From assembly GCA_964525295.1 (NCBI GenBank), contig CAZGEO010000002.1:193230-257229 (forward strand): a stretch of DNA of 64,000 nucleotides, in the 5' to 3' direction. The DNA comes from an uncultured Candidatus Saccharibacteria bacterium (GTDB taxonomy: Bacteria; Patescibacteriota; Dojkabacteria; GCA-002793355). Of the stretch, positions 8,748 to 17,427 are shown piece after piece. Both the position numbers and the translations under genes were made by a program. The notes below the pieces were generated by a model, which had not been told where the DNA came from, searched no databases, and saw only the letters and a program-made list of their open reading frames with translations. How positions within the stretch are numbered: position 1 is the first letter of the stretch; each line of letters starts with the position of its first letter.

Positions 8748-8987
8748 ATGGAAAAAACAGTTAACGCAAGAATCAGAAATATAATTGGGCAACTCGAAGG
8801 AGTTGTTCGGTTGCGCGAATCGTGTACCGAATGCGAGGCGCAGCTTATTCAATTAAAGGCGATTCGCGCAGGAATAAATGCCATTATTCAAAAAATTATT
8901 GAAGAAGAATTAGCAAATTGCTCAAAACATGCAGAAAAGCATGAAAAGGTAACCAGGTTGGTTGCTGAGTTAGTACGCCATACATAA
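8748..8987 (+). CDS. CsoR/RcnR/CstR-family (DUF156) metal- or persulfide-sensing transcriptional repressor.
   Basis: 79 aa, all helical. Cys in helix 2 (ESCTEC). C-x-x-H-x-x-x-H in helix 3 (ANCSKHAEKHE). The length and ligand positions fit the CsoR-like four-helix-bundle family. Confidence 0.7.
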   Translation: MEKTVNARIRNIIGQLEGVVRLRESCTECEAQLIQLKAIRAGINAIIQKIIEEELANCSKHAEKHEKVTRLVAELVRHT

Positions 8988-9005
8988 ATTTTTACAAACA
9001 AAAGC

Positions 9006-9341
9006 ATGGCAAATACAACAATTGATGTAGTAGGTAGAGAAGCATTTAAAAAAGAAGTTCTCGAAGCAACGGTCCCTGTTTTAGTAGATTTCTGGGCACC
9101 TTGGTGTGGTCCTTGTAGAATGATGGCACCAATTTTGTCAGTTGTAGCTGAAGAAATGGGAGATAAAGTGAAAATTGTGAAGCTTAATACTGAAGAACCT
9201 GACAATATGCCACTTGCAATGGAATATCAAATTATGTCTATTCCAAACATGAAAATCTTTAAGGCTGGACAAGTTGTCAAAGAAATTATAGGATTAAGAC
9301 CAAAGGATTATGTAATTGCAGAATTGAACAGTGTTAGCTAA
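9006..9341 (+). CDS. trxA: Thioredoxin.
   Basis: WCGPC active site (FWAPWCGPCRMMAP). 111 aa. Confidence 0.85.
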   Translation: MANTTIDVVGREAFKKEVLEATVPVLVDFWAPWCGPCRMMAPILSVVAEEMGDKVKIVKLNTEEPDNMPLAMEYQIMSIPNMKIFKAGQVVKEIIGLRPKDYVIAELNSVS

Positions 9342-9792
9342 GGGTTTAGTACAAGAACTTATTGCAGCGAAAGAAATTACAATCTTTCCGTATGCAGAAG
9401 AAAATTTCGGTACAGTTAGTTACGATCTGCGTTTAGGTTCAGTTTTTCAACGCGTTAAGCCGCTTGACGGTAAAGCTTTTGATGGAATGAAACCTAAAGA
9501 CCGAGTACTTGAAACTCTTGAAGTAACTGAATACTTGCTGAAACCAGGCGAATCAATAATTGGAAAAACTGAAGAGCGTGTAGGTATTCATTCAACTGAT
9601 GTTTCGGCGCTATTTGATGGCAAAGCATCACTATCGATACTCGGGCTTTTTACCCATGTATCTTCAATGCTTATCGATCCTGGTTTTGTTGGTGAACTAA
9701 CCGTAGAGATCCACAATAGTGGTGAATATCCAATACTCTTGAAACCTGGCATGAAAATTGGTCAAGTCATTTTCTTCTCTGTAGAAGAGTAA
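9331..9792 (+). CDS. dCTP deaminase / dUTPase superfamily protein (short form).
   Basis: SYDLRLG, IGKTEERVGIHSTD, LSILGLF, IDPGFVGELTVEIHNSG and LKPGMKIGQV match the dCTP deaminase fold motifs. Confidence 0.65.
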   Translation: MLAKGLVQELIAAKEITIFPYAEENFGTVSYDLRLGSVFQRVKPLDGKAFDGMKPKDRVLETLEVTEYLLKPGESIIGKTEERVGIHSTDVSALFDGKASLSILGLFTHVSSMLIDPGFVGELTVEIHNSGEYPILLKPGMKIGQVIFFSVEE

Positions 9793-9793
9793 A

Positions 9794-11023
9794 ATGCCCG
9801 CGATATTGAGCTACAAAGCCGTTTCGTGGTATAATACGTTTGTGTCAGATGAACAAAAAACTGCTCAAATTCCTGAAGCAATCACAGCAGATGAATTGAA
9901 CAATCAGCTTCCTTCGAATACTCCTAAGGCAGGTGACCCTGAGAGATATTCTCGTTTCGTTTCTGCTATCGTAATTCTGATACTTTTACTCGTTCTCGCA
10001 GGTGGAATATTAGCATTTACGGCGCCAGCAACATTTTCAGCGGTTATTAGTGCATTTTGGATGATTATTTTCTGTACCGTAGCATTGTTCCTTGTTTTGG
10101 GAATTTTGGTAATGGTTGGGTTAAAAGAGCAAGTTAAGCAAATACTCGACATTTTTGTTGAAGGTTCTCTCAGTATCGTTGATATCATGAACTTTCTTAA
10201 GATGGCAGTAACTTTTATAGTCGATGTGATAAAACAGGTTATTTATTTCATCATCCCTGCAATTGCTTACTTACTCGGTGCCGTCGTATATTTTGGCTTG
10301 ATTTATGCGTATAAATGGGTTGGTAAGCAATTCGATGTGACCTTATTTACGATTTTTCTTGCTGCAGCATTAGTTGTAGTTACGGGTTTTCTTAATAAGC
10401 GTGCAAAAGACGAAGGTAAGTCAGACTTGACCTGGGGCAGAAAAATCCAGTTACGTTTCAAAGATTTTATAGGTGATGCCATTGAAGTCGTTCTTTTCGT
10501 ATTTTTCCTTACCATGGATAGTACTAAACTGTTCTTTTTGCCTCAAGATTTAAATGTAGAGATTCATGCAGCCGTAAATTTAAGTGCGAATGAAACATAC
10601 AATTTGATGGTTCGAGGGTGGAGTGTTGATAGCATGTTAAGAACAACATTAACCTTAGTTATGACCGCAGTCGGCATTGAAATTGTTCGTTTTGCTTTAC
10701 GAATCGTAGCAGCAGGTTACGAGTTTTATAAAGAAATTAACGAGTATGTTGGCGAAACTAATCAGAAAATGACTGGAAGTGATCAAATAAAATGGGCCTT
10801 GCGACAAAGTTTTGAGGTACATAAAGATGATGTTATTCGATTTATTACTTATACGACATTTATTATTATTGTTTTCCTTTTCTTCCCACGATTAAAAATT
10901 TTAGCCATGGCCGTTGCAAGTTTAACCATGGTAATTATGGATATTTTTATGCGTGATAGACTTGTTATCAAAAAAGGCAACGACTTATTCTCAAAGCTGG
11001 TTTCATTCCTATTTAGGGTGTAA
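9794..11023 (+). CDS. Polytopic integral membrane protein, hypothetical.
   Basis: 409 aa with at least eight hydrophobic helices. No recognisable catalytic motif. Confidence 0.5.
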   Translation: MPAILSYKAVSWYNTFVSDEQKTAQIPEAITADELNNQLPSNTPKAGDPERYSRFVSAIVILILLLVLAGGILAFTAPATFSAVISAFWMIIFCTVALFLVLGILVMVGLKEQVKQILDIFVEGSLSIVDIMNFLKMAVTFIVDVIKQVIYFIIPAIAYLLGAVVYFGLIYAYKWVGKQFDVTLFTIFLAAALVVVTGFLNKRAKDEGKSDLTWGRKIQLRFKDFIGDAIEVVLFVFFLTMDSTKLFFLPQDLNVEIHAAVNLSANETYNLMVRGWSVDSMLRTTLTLVMTAVGIEIVRFALRIVAAGYEFYKEINEYVGETNQKMTGSDQIKWALRQSFEVHKDDVIRFITYTTFIIIVFLFFPRLKILAMAVASLTMVIMDIFMRDRLVIKKGNDLFSKLVSFLFRV

Positions 11024-11025
11024 TT

Positions 11026-11322
11026 ATGGCAGCAGAAGATTTCCGCAAGTTGAATGTTAGCTTCATTTGTGAAAAGTGCGGATTCAATGTCGGCCCTGCG
11101 AAAAAAACATCAAGAAATCATTGTCCACAATGTCTTTATTCAAAACATGTTGATATTGTGCCGGGTGATCGAAAAGAAGTGTGCCAAGGTCTTATGGAAA
11201 CGGTAGATTATGACTATAAAGGTGGTGAAGTAGTACTTATACAAAAATGTATAAAGTGTGGAAAATTGCAGAATAACAAAGCTGCTTCGGATGACCAACT
11301 AGATCAATTATTGCAAAGTTAA
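11026..11322 (+). CDS. RNHCP-domain zinc-ribbon protein.
   Basis: C-x-x-C...RNHCPQC...C-x-x-C arrangement (CEKCG ... SRNHCPQCLYS ... CIKCGK). 98 aa. Confidence 0.45.
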   Translation: MAAEDFRKLNVSFICEKCGFNVGPAKKTSRNHCPQCLYSKHVDIVPGDRKEVCQGLMETVDYDYKGGEVVLIQKCIKCGKLQNNKAASDDQLDQLLQS

Positions 11323-11378
11323 GAATACTGTTTTCAGTCTAGGGTATAATAGAGACGTAAGTTAAGAAAAACGTTTCT

Positions 11379-12440
11379 ATGGCAAAATTTAAGAAAAAAG
11401 AAGAGGCTGTAATTGAAGAAGCAGCTCCAACAGTTCAATCGATGGGGGGTGAGGTTTCAGGAGAAGAGCGTCAAAAGATTATTGATGCTGCAATGTCGAT
11501 GATAGAGAAGAAATTCGGTGATGGTAGTTTAATGCGTTTAGGTTCAAAAAAGAAATTAAATGTATCAGTAATATCAACGGGTGCACTTTCTCTTGATGCT
11601 GCTTTAGGTGTTGGAGGAGTTCCTCGAGGTCGTGTTATTGAAATTTATGGACCTGAAGCTTCTGGTAAAACTACACTCGCGTTAAGCATCGTTGCAGAAG
11701 CACAAAAAAGTGGCGGTAAGGCAGCATTCATTGATGCTGAACATGCGCTCGATCCTGTTTATGCAAAGAAAATTGGTGTTGATGTAAATGATCTTTATGT
11801 AGCGCAACCTGACTTTGGAGAGCAAGCATTAGATATTTTAGAAACCCTCGTTCGTTCGGGAGCCTTTGATGTCATTGTTGTTGACTCAGTCGCTGCATTA
11901 GTACCAAAGGCTGAAGTCGATGGAGAAATGGGTGATGTACACATGGGGTTGCAAGCTAGACTTATGTCTCAAGCATTGCGTAAGTTGACGCCAATTACCT
12001 CAAAATCAAATACAGTAGTAATTTTCTTGAACCAGATTCGTTTGAATTTAGGGGTGAAATTCGGTAACCCTGAGACAACAACCGGTGGGCAAGCATTAAA
12101 ATTCTACGCAAGTTTGCGTATGGATATTCGTCGTCGCGAAGAGATTAGTAAAAACGGTGAGTTACTTGGTCATACACGTGAGGTAAAAATTGTAAAGAAT
12201 AAAGTAGCTCCACCATTTAGAAATGCCTTCTTCGACATTTATTTTGCATCAGGTATTGATAGAGTTAGTAGCATTTTTGAAGCCGGTGTTAAATATGGAA
12301 TCATTGACAAAGCCGGAGCATGGTACAGTCTTAATGGTGAGAAGATTGGTCAAGGAAAAGAGGCAGTTGTCGAATTTCTGCGAGAGAAACCAGAGCAAGT
12401 AGAAGCGATCAAAAAAGCGGTTCTTGAAAAAGTACTCTAA
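11379..12440 (+). CDS. recA: Recombinase RecA.
   Basis: [12 protein letters not shown] Walker [11 protein letters not shown]. The L2 loop region is present and the length of 353 aa fits. Confidence 0.95.
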   Translation: MAKFKKKEEAVIEEAAPTVQSMGGEVSGEERQKIIDAAMSMIEKKFGDGSLMRLGSKKKLNVSVISTGALSLDAALGVGGVPRGRVIEIYGPEASGKTTLALSIVAEAQKSGGKAAFIDAEHALDPVYAKKIGVDVNDLYVAQPDFGEQALDILETLVRSGAFDVIVVDSVAALVPKAEVDGEMGDVHMGLQARLMSQALRKLTPITSKSNTVVIFLNQIRLNLGVKFGNPETTTGGQALKFYASLRMDIRRREEISKNGELLGHTREVKIVKNKVAPPFRNAFFDIYFASGIDRVSSIFEAGVKYGIIDKAGAWYSLNGEKIGQGKEAVVEFLREKPEQVEAIKKAVLEKVL

Positions 12441-12448
12441 CTGGTATT

Positions 12449-14146
12449 ATGCGAGAATACATTTTACAGAAGCAATATTCGTCTTTAGAAATTGCAGAGG
12501 TTGCAGATGCTTTGAAATCAACCGCGCTAGCGCAGGTATACGCGCAACGTGGCATTTTAACTGTGAAGCAGTTGCAGAGCTTTGTAGAACTTCAACCATT
12601 ATTGCCTGTTGATGATTTATATGATGTAAAGGGAGCTTTTCAACTTCTTCAAAAACACATCGCTAATAATAGCTCCATCGTGATTTACGGTGATTATGAT
12701 GCTGATGGCGCACTGGCTGCTGCAATAATGTGGAGGTTCCTAGCGAAGACATTAAATCTCAAAGCTACGGTATACATTCCTGATCGTCACGAAGAAGGGT
12801 ATGGCTTGAATCGTGCTGCTTTACAATCACTTGCGAAACAAGGGCATCAACTTATAATTACGGTCGACTGTGGCGTTCGCGATAAAGAGTTAATTACTGA
12901 AATAACAAAAGAAACTGCACTTGAAATACTCGTAACCGATCATCATCAACCTGGTGATACTTTTCCTGAATGTCCGGCGGTGCATCCATTGTTTCCGAAT
13001 CACCATGCACAGAATGAATTCACTTCTGGGGCAGTAGTTGCTTGGAAATTCGTTCGATATGTTGAAGAGCAGTTGAAACTGGGGCATGCATACTCAGACT
13101 CAGTCGTAGATTTGGCAGGTATTTCGTTAGTAACAGATATAATGCCACTCGTAGGTGAAAATCGAACAATTTTGAAACGAGGAATTCAACATATAAGAAA
13201 TGCACCAACTTTAGGAGTTAAGGCAATTATTGAAGTCGCTCAAATTAAACAATCAGAAGTATCTACCTATCATTTGGGATATTTGATTGGACCTCGATTG
13301 AACGCAAGTGGTCGAATAGGTGATCCCTATACAAGTACGCGACTTTTGTGTACCGACAATCAGGAAATCGCTCGTTCACTTGCATTACAAACTCATGAAA
13401 TAAATGTTAAGAGGCAAGAGCTAACGAAACAGATGCTTGCTGAGGCAGAAGAAAAAAAGGTGGTGTTAGCAGAAAAACTGATACTTGTAGCAGGTGAGTC
13501 ATGGGATGATGGCATTATTGGCCTAGTTGCAGGGAAATTAATGAATACGTACGATAAACCCACACTAGCGATTTCAATTAATAAAGATCAGCAACTTGCA
13601 AAAGGATCAGCTAGAAGCTTGGGTGAATTCAATATTACGCAATTTCTCGAAGAAATTAAAGAACAGTTTTCTCGTTATGGAGGGCATCATAATGCTGCCG
13701 GTTTCTCGTTAGTTTCTGATGATGTAAATTCATTTACGTCTGTCGTAGAGAATCATTTAATTGCAAAATATGAAAAATATACGCCAGTATCTATTCGTGA
13801 AGTCGCTACTTTGGTAACTTTTTCCGATTTAACACCAGAATTTTTTGCAGCTCTAGAAAAGTTAGAACCTTACGGCAATGCGAATCCAGCACCGTTATTT
13901 GCTATCGAAGGAACGGTTGTTCAATTTTCAACAATAGGGCAGAACAATAATCACGTGAGGCTTGAACTGCAAACAGCAACTGGTGTAGTGAAATGCTTAT
14001 ATTTTGATGGTGTAGCGAAGTGCGCTGGAATTCAACAAGGGCAAAAATTGCAATTAGTTGGCAAACCTAAACAGGAAGAGTACCAAGGCCGTATTCAGGT
14101 AAGTTTCTTCGTAGATGATATTATTGATGAGTTGAAGCGTATTTAA
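12449..14146 (+). CDS. recJ: Single-stranded-DNA-specific exonuclease RecJ (DHH/DHHA1).
   Basis: IVIYGDYDADGALAAA (DHH motif I). DHH at VTDHHQP. GGHHNAAGFS (DHHA1). 565 aa. Confidence 0.85.
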   Translation: MREYILQKQYSSLEIAEVADALKSTALAQVYAQRGILTVKQLQSFVELQPLLPVDDLYDVKGAFQLLQKHIANNSSIVIYGDYDADGALAAAIMWRFLAKTLNLKATVYIPDRHEEGYGLNRAALQSLAKQGHQLIITVDCGVRDKELITEITKETALEILVTDHHQPGDTFPECPAVHPLFPNHHAQNEFTSGAVVAWKFVRYVEEQLKLGHAYSDSVVDLAGISLVTDIMPLVGENRTILKRGIQHIRNAPTLGVKAIIEVAQIKQSEVSTYHLGYLIGPRLNASGRIGDPYTSTRLLCTDNQEIARSLALQTHEINVKRQELTKQMLAEAEEKKVVLAEKLILVAGESWDDGIIGLVAGKLMNTYDKPTLAISINKDQQLAKGSARSLGEFNITQFLEEIKEQFSRYGGHHNAAGFSLVSDDVNSFTSVVENHLIAKYEKYTPVSIREVATLVTFSDLTPEFFAALEKLEPYGNANPAPLFAIEGTVVQFSTIGQNNNHVRLELQTATGVVKCLYFDGVAKCAGIQQGQKLQLVGKPKQEEYQGRIQVSFFVDDIIDELKRI

Positions 14147-14184
14147 TAACTCACCATTGCCTGAGAATTTTCTACGTTAGTTGA

Positions 14185-15423
14185 TTACTTACTGACTGCT
14201 TGATAATCAATTGCTGGTACGTAAATCGCAATTGAACCTCTTGATTTTGTTTGAAATATAACCTCACCGGTTGCAACATAGATTGGTTGCAAGAATGGTT
14301 GAGCAGTCATGGTTTCGTAATAGAAAAGTTCAATTTTGTCGAGGCTAATTGATTCGATTGCTGGTGGAACTGGTGGTTGTAAGGTATCACCACCATTTTC
14401 AACCAATAATACAATTTTACCTTCTCCTTTTTGAATTCTTGAAACTGCATCTGCTGGGCGAATAAGTGTATACGTTCCGCATGGACGGTCTTCAACTTTC
14501 CAGTTATTAAAAATCACTTGGTGTACGCCATCATTTGCATTGCCACTTTGATCACGAAGATAAACTTGAACATTTGATGTTTCTGGAGTTTTTCCGATTC
14601 TTCGTGTTGTATATTGATAGTATTTCTTATCTGAAGTTCCATCTTCGGGCGCAAGCTCAAGAAATCCTTCAAAGTCAATGTTTTTTGGGCCTGCATAGGT
14701 GGTACTTACGATACCACGGTCGTATGCAATAACAGTATTAGTCTTTTGCAGGTCAACTCTCAGGAGTTGAGCTTTTTCTAGCGATTTTGCTTGATATGAT
14801 TTCCCTCCAGTCATGGTAACGGGCAAAGCAAATGCTTTACCGTTAGCAAAATCGCTCGTATAAAGACCTAGGGCACTCAAAACATTCTGTGCCAATTCAG
14901 GAGCAGAAAAAGTCGTCGCAGGAAGTTTAAGGTTTGGTGCTGAAGGAATAGTTGCCTCATCATATACGTAAGTCAGATTGAGGTTTGCAGTATCGATACT
15001 TAAACTATTTCTTTTTAATTTGTTTCTCCAAGTATAGGTAGTGCTACCTGGTGTTTTTTGTGCATCTTCTGCCACGAAATTCAATTGCGTTGCGATTGCG
15101 AACGCATCATCTCGTGTTTTGAAAGTTTCTCCTTTTACGTCAAGTTTATAGACGTAAGAAATATAGGGAATGTCTGCAGGTAACGCACTACTTAGGGCAT
15201 CAACCTTAATTTGGATGTTTGAAATATCGATTCCAGGTTGTTCCTCGATATCAACAATGGGTAAGGTACCGCAGGCATAGTTAGCTCTAAAAATTAAGTC
15301 GGGAGTTCTACCAATATTGATGAAGTATAAATAACCATAGTAGCCACCAACAAGAAGTACGATTCCCAAAATGAAGAATCGGGATGCGATTTTTGTCCAA
15401 AATACGGTTTCTGTTAATGTCAT
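14185..15423 (-). CDS. Membrane-anchored extracytoplasmic protein, hypothetical.
   Basis: N-terminal TM (FFILGIVLLVGGYYGYLYFI) followed by about 370 aa of soluble, beta-rich-looking sequence. Confidence 0.5.
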   Translation of the reverse strand: MTLTETVFWTKIASRFFILGIVLLVGGYYGYLYFINIGRTPDLIFRANYACGTLPIVDIEEQPGIDISNIQIKVDALSSALPADIPYISYVYKLDVKGETFKTRDDAFAIATQLNFVAEDAQKTPGSTTYTWRNKLKRNSLSIDTANLNLTYVYDEATIPSAPNLKLPATTFSAPELAQNVLSALGLYTSDFANGKAFALPVTMTGGKSYQAKSLEKAQLLRVDLQKTNTVIAYDRGIVSTTYAGPKNIDFEGFLELAPEDGTSDKKYYQYTTRRIGKTPETSNVQVYLRDQSGNANDGVHQVIFNNWKVEDRPCGTYTLIRPADAVSRIQKGEGKIVLLVENGGDTLQPPVPPAIESISLDKIELFYYETMTAQPFLQPIYVATGEVIFQTKSRGSIAIYVPAIDYQAVSK

Positions 15424-15483
15424 AGTAATTGTCGAGTCAATTTTTTCAATTGTAGCAGAATAATACTGACTTGTCAGACGAGA

Positions 15484-17082
15484 CTACGTTGTTTTTAACC
15501 AATCAACCGCCTGTAGAACCAACTTCTTTGTTTTTTGCCAACCAAGAATTTCAATTGTTTCGAGTAATGGCGGGCTTTGCAATCGACCAGTAATTGCAGA
15601 ACGTAAGGCCATGAATAGGTCACCTGCCTTCCATCCAAGCTCGGTAGCGTATCCTCTAACAACTGCTTCCCATTCTTCATGAGTACAAATTCCTGTTGAA
15701 AGAATCTTCTCTAATCGAATTAAAACTTCAGATAATGCGGTTGCGAGTTCTTGTTTCGTATGATTTTTAGTATTCCAATTTTCATCGGTAAAGTCGAAAG
15801 ATTCAACATAAAAATATTTTAGAACGTGCGGAATTTCTGAAAGCTTTATAATACGCTCTTTTTCAAGTGCAAGGCATTTTTGAAATTTTACGAGATCCTT
15901 CTTCCAATCGGGTAACGCTCTCTTGATTTCTTCTTGCAATGTGACTTCCCAGTCTTCTAGACCTGCAATATCATCTACTTTAAAGTGTTTAAGTACTGTA
16001 TTTTCAGCCCAATCTAATACACGTTTCGCAAATTCTTCATCGGTTAATCGGCGAATGTGCTTGCCATTAATATAATCAAATTTCATTTGATCATAGCGAG
16101 CAGCAGTTTTGTTCATGTGTTTGAGATCAAATAAAGCGATGATTTCATCAACAGTATAAATTTCATCTTGATGAGCAACAGTTGTATCTGGAGCCCAGCC
16201 ACAGAGCATTGCATAATTGACGATCGCTTCTGGAAGGTATCCTTCACGGAGTTTCGCAATAATCGAGTTCGCTCCGTATCTTTTACTTAATTTTTTATGT
16301 CCATCAGGATTTAATATGAGAGGTAGATGTGCAAATTCTGGAATTTCCCAGCCAAAATATTTATAAAGAAGTACATGTTTTGGCAAACTTGGTAGCCAAT
16401 CAACTCCTCGAATTACGGTAGAAATCTTCATTAAATGATCATCTACAACGCTTGCAAGATGATAGGTCGGCCAACCGTTTTGTTTGATTAATACTTGATC
16501 ATCAATATCTTTGTTTTGAACTCTAATTTCGCCGAAAATTGAGTCATGACAGATAGTTTCACCTTCATCAGGAATTTTCATTCTGATAACATAAGGTTCA
16601 TTTGCATCAAGCCTTTTTTTCACTTCTTCAGCCGAAAGAGATGCGCATAAACCATCATACATTGGTTTTTGCTTTGCAAGCTTTTGTTCTTCTCTAAGTT
16701 GAGTTAATCTTTCTTGAGAGCAAAAACAGTAATAGGCATGGCCTGCATCAATCAAATCTTTAGCATATTTGGGGTATATTTCTAGTCGCTGTGATTGGGC
16801 GTACGGTCCATATTCTCCTCCAATTTGAGGGCCTTCATCAAAGGTTATGCCTACTGCTTCGTATGCTTCAACCATTGCCTGAATACCTGCGTCTGAGCCG
16901 GCAAATGCATTTCTTTTACTATCTGTATCTTCAACTCTAAGTATGTTTTTTCCGCCTGATTTTCTTGCAAGAAGAAAATTTGGAAGATAAGCACGAACCG
17001 TGCCAATATGCACTTTTCCTGTTGGGCTAGGTGCAGCACGTAGGCGTATTTCAGGACTTTCTTTCATACAAGAATTATACAT
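15484..17082 (-). CDS. gltX: Glutamyl-tRNA synthetase, presumably non-discriminating given gatCAB and tRNA-Gln in the window.
   Basis: The HIGH motif appears as PSPTGKVHIGTVRAYL. KLSKR (KMSKS). 532 aa. The start may be the internal ATG (MKESPEIR). Confidence 0.85.
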   Translation of the reverse strand: MYNSCMKESPEIRLRAAPSPTGKVHIGTVRAYLPNFLLARKSGGKNILRVEDTDSKRNAFAGSDAGIQAMVEAYEAVGITFDEGPQIGGEYGPYAQSQRLEIYPKYAKDLIDAGHAYYCFCSQERLTQLREEQKLAKQKPMYDGLCASLSAEEVKKRLDANEPYVIRMKIPDEGETICHDSIFGEIRVQNKDIDDQVLIKQNGWPTYHLASVVDDHLMKISTVIRGVDWLPSLPKHVLLYKYFGWEIPEFAHLPLILNPDGHKKLSKRYGANSIIAKLREGYLPEAIVNYAMLCGWAPDTTVAHQDEIYTVDEIIALFDLKHMNKTAARYDQMKFDYINGKHIRRLTDEEFAKRVLDWAENTVLKHFKVDDIAGLEDWEVTLQEEIKRALPDWKKDLVKFQKCLALEKERIIKLSEIPHVLKYFYVESFDFTDENWNTKNHTKQELATALSEVLIRLEKILSTGICTHEEWEAVVRGYATELGWKAGDLFMALRSAITGRLQSPPLLETIEILGWQKTKKLVLQAVDWLKTT

Positions 17083-17084
17083 GA

Positions 17085-17113
17085 TTGAGAAATATTATAA
17101 AATCGTCTATAAT
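17085..17113 (+). promoter_or_regulatory. Sigma70-type promoter for tRNA-Gln: TTGAGA - 17 nt - TATAAT.
   Basis: TTGAGA at 17085-17090. TATAAT at 17108-17113, 36 nt before the tRNA 5' end. Divergent from gltX. Confidence 0.5.
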
Positions 17114-17149
17114 TTGCCTGAAGTTCAAATAGAAAGAACAAAAGTTTAT

Positions 17150-17220
17150 TGCCGGATCGTCTAATGGTAGGACGATTGCCTCTGGAGCAGTTAGTCTAGG
17201 TTCGAATCCTAGTCCGGCAA
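17150..17220 (+). tRNA. tRNA-Gln (anticodon CUG).
   Basis: Acceptor TGCCGGA/TCCGGCA. D-arm GTCT-AATGGTA-GGAC. Anticodon stem ATTGC/GCAGT with loop CTCTGGA. T-arm CTAGG-TTCGAAT-CCTAG. Discriminator A. Confidence 0.8.
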
Positions 17221-17360
17221 AATGATTTGCACCTTGGTGCAGAGCATTTTGCCTGCAAGGTGAGTAACCCGCAAATTACAAAATTTTGAATAAATAAAAA
17301 TTTGCGTGGGGCGACCGCGAATGCGTGTAGCTCGCAATTGTTTAAATTCAATTTGAGCTA

Positions 17361-17376
17361 AATCCTAGCCCGGCAA
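17361..17376 (+). repeat. Near-exact direct copy (aatcctagCccggcaa) of the last 16 nt of tRNA-Gln (17205-17220, aatcctagTccggcaa). It lies 140 nt downstream of the tRNA.
   Basis: 15 of 16 identical; the preceding A also matches. Confidence 0.5.
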
Positions 17377-17427
17377 GACTTTGCACAATTAGCGAATTCC
17401 TGTGTCAAAAAATTCTGCGAAATTTAT

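Noticed and set aside
11380-11400. Near-palindrome AGAAAAACGTTTCT just before the recA start, considered as a LexA or SOS box.
   Set aside because: It is not perfectly symmetric, it does not match the known SOS-box consensus families, and it overlaps the RBS region. It may simply be the ribosome-binding context.
17286-17325. Short matches (TGCGTGGGG, ATGCGTGTA) to the tRNA-Pro anticodon-stem region in the spacer after tRNA-Gln. They were considered as a tRNA-Pro pseudogene fragment.
   Set aside because: The matches are only 9 nt each, lie in opposite senses, and correspond to a GC-rich self-complementary stem (CACGC/GCGTG). They are likely chance, and no cloverleaf can be built.
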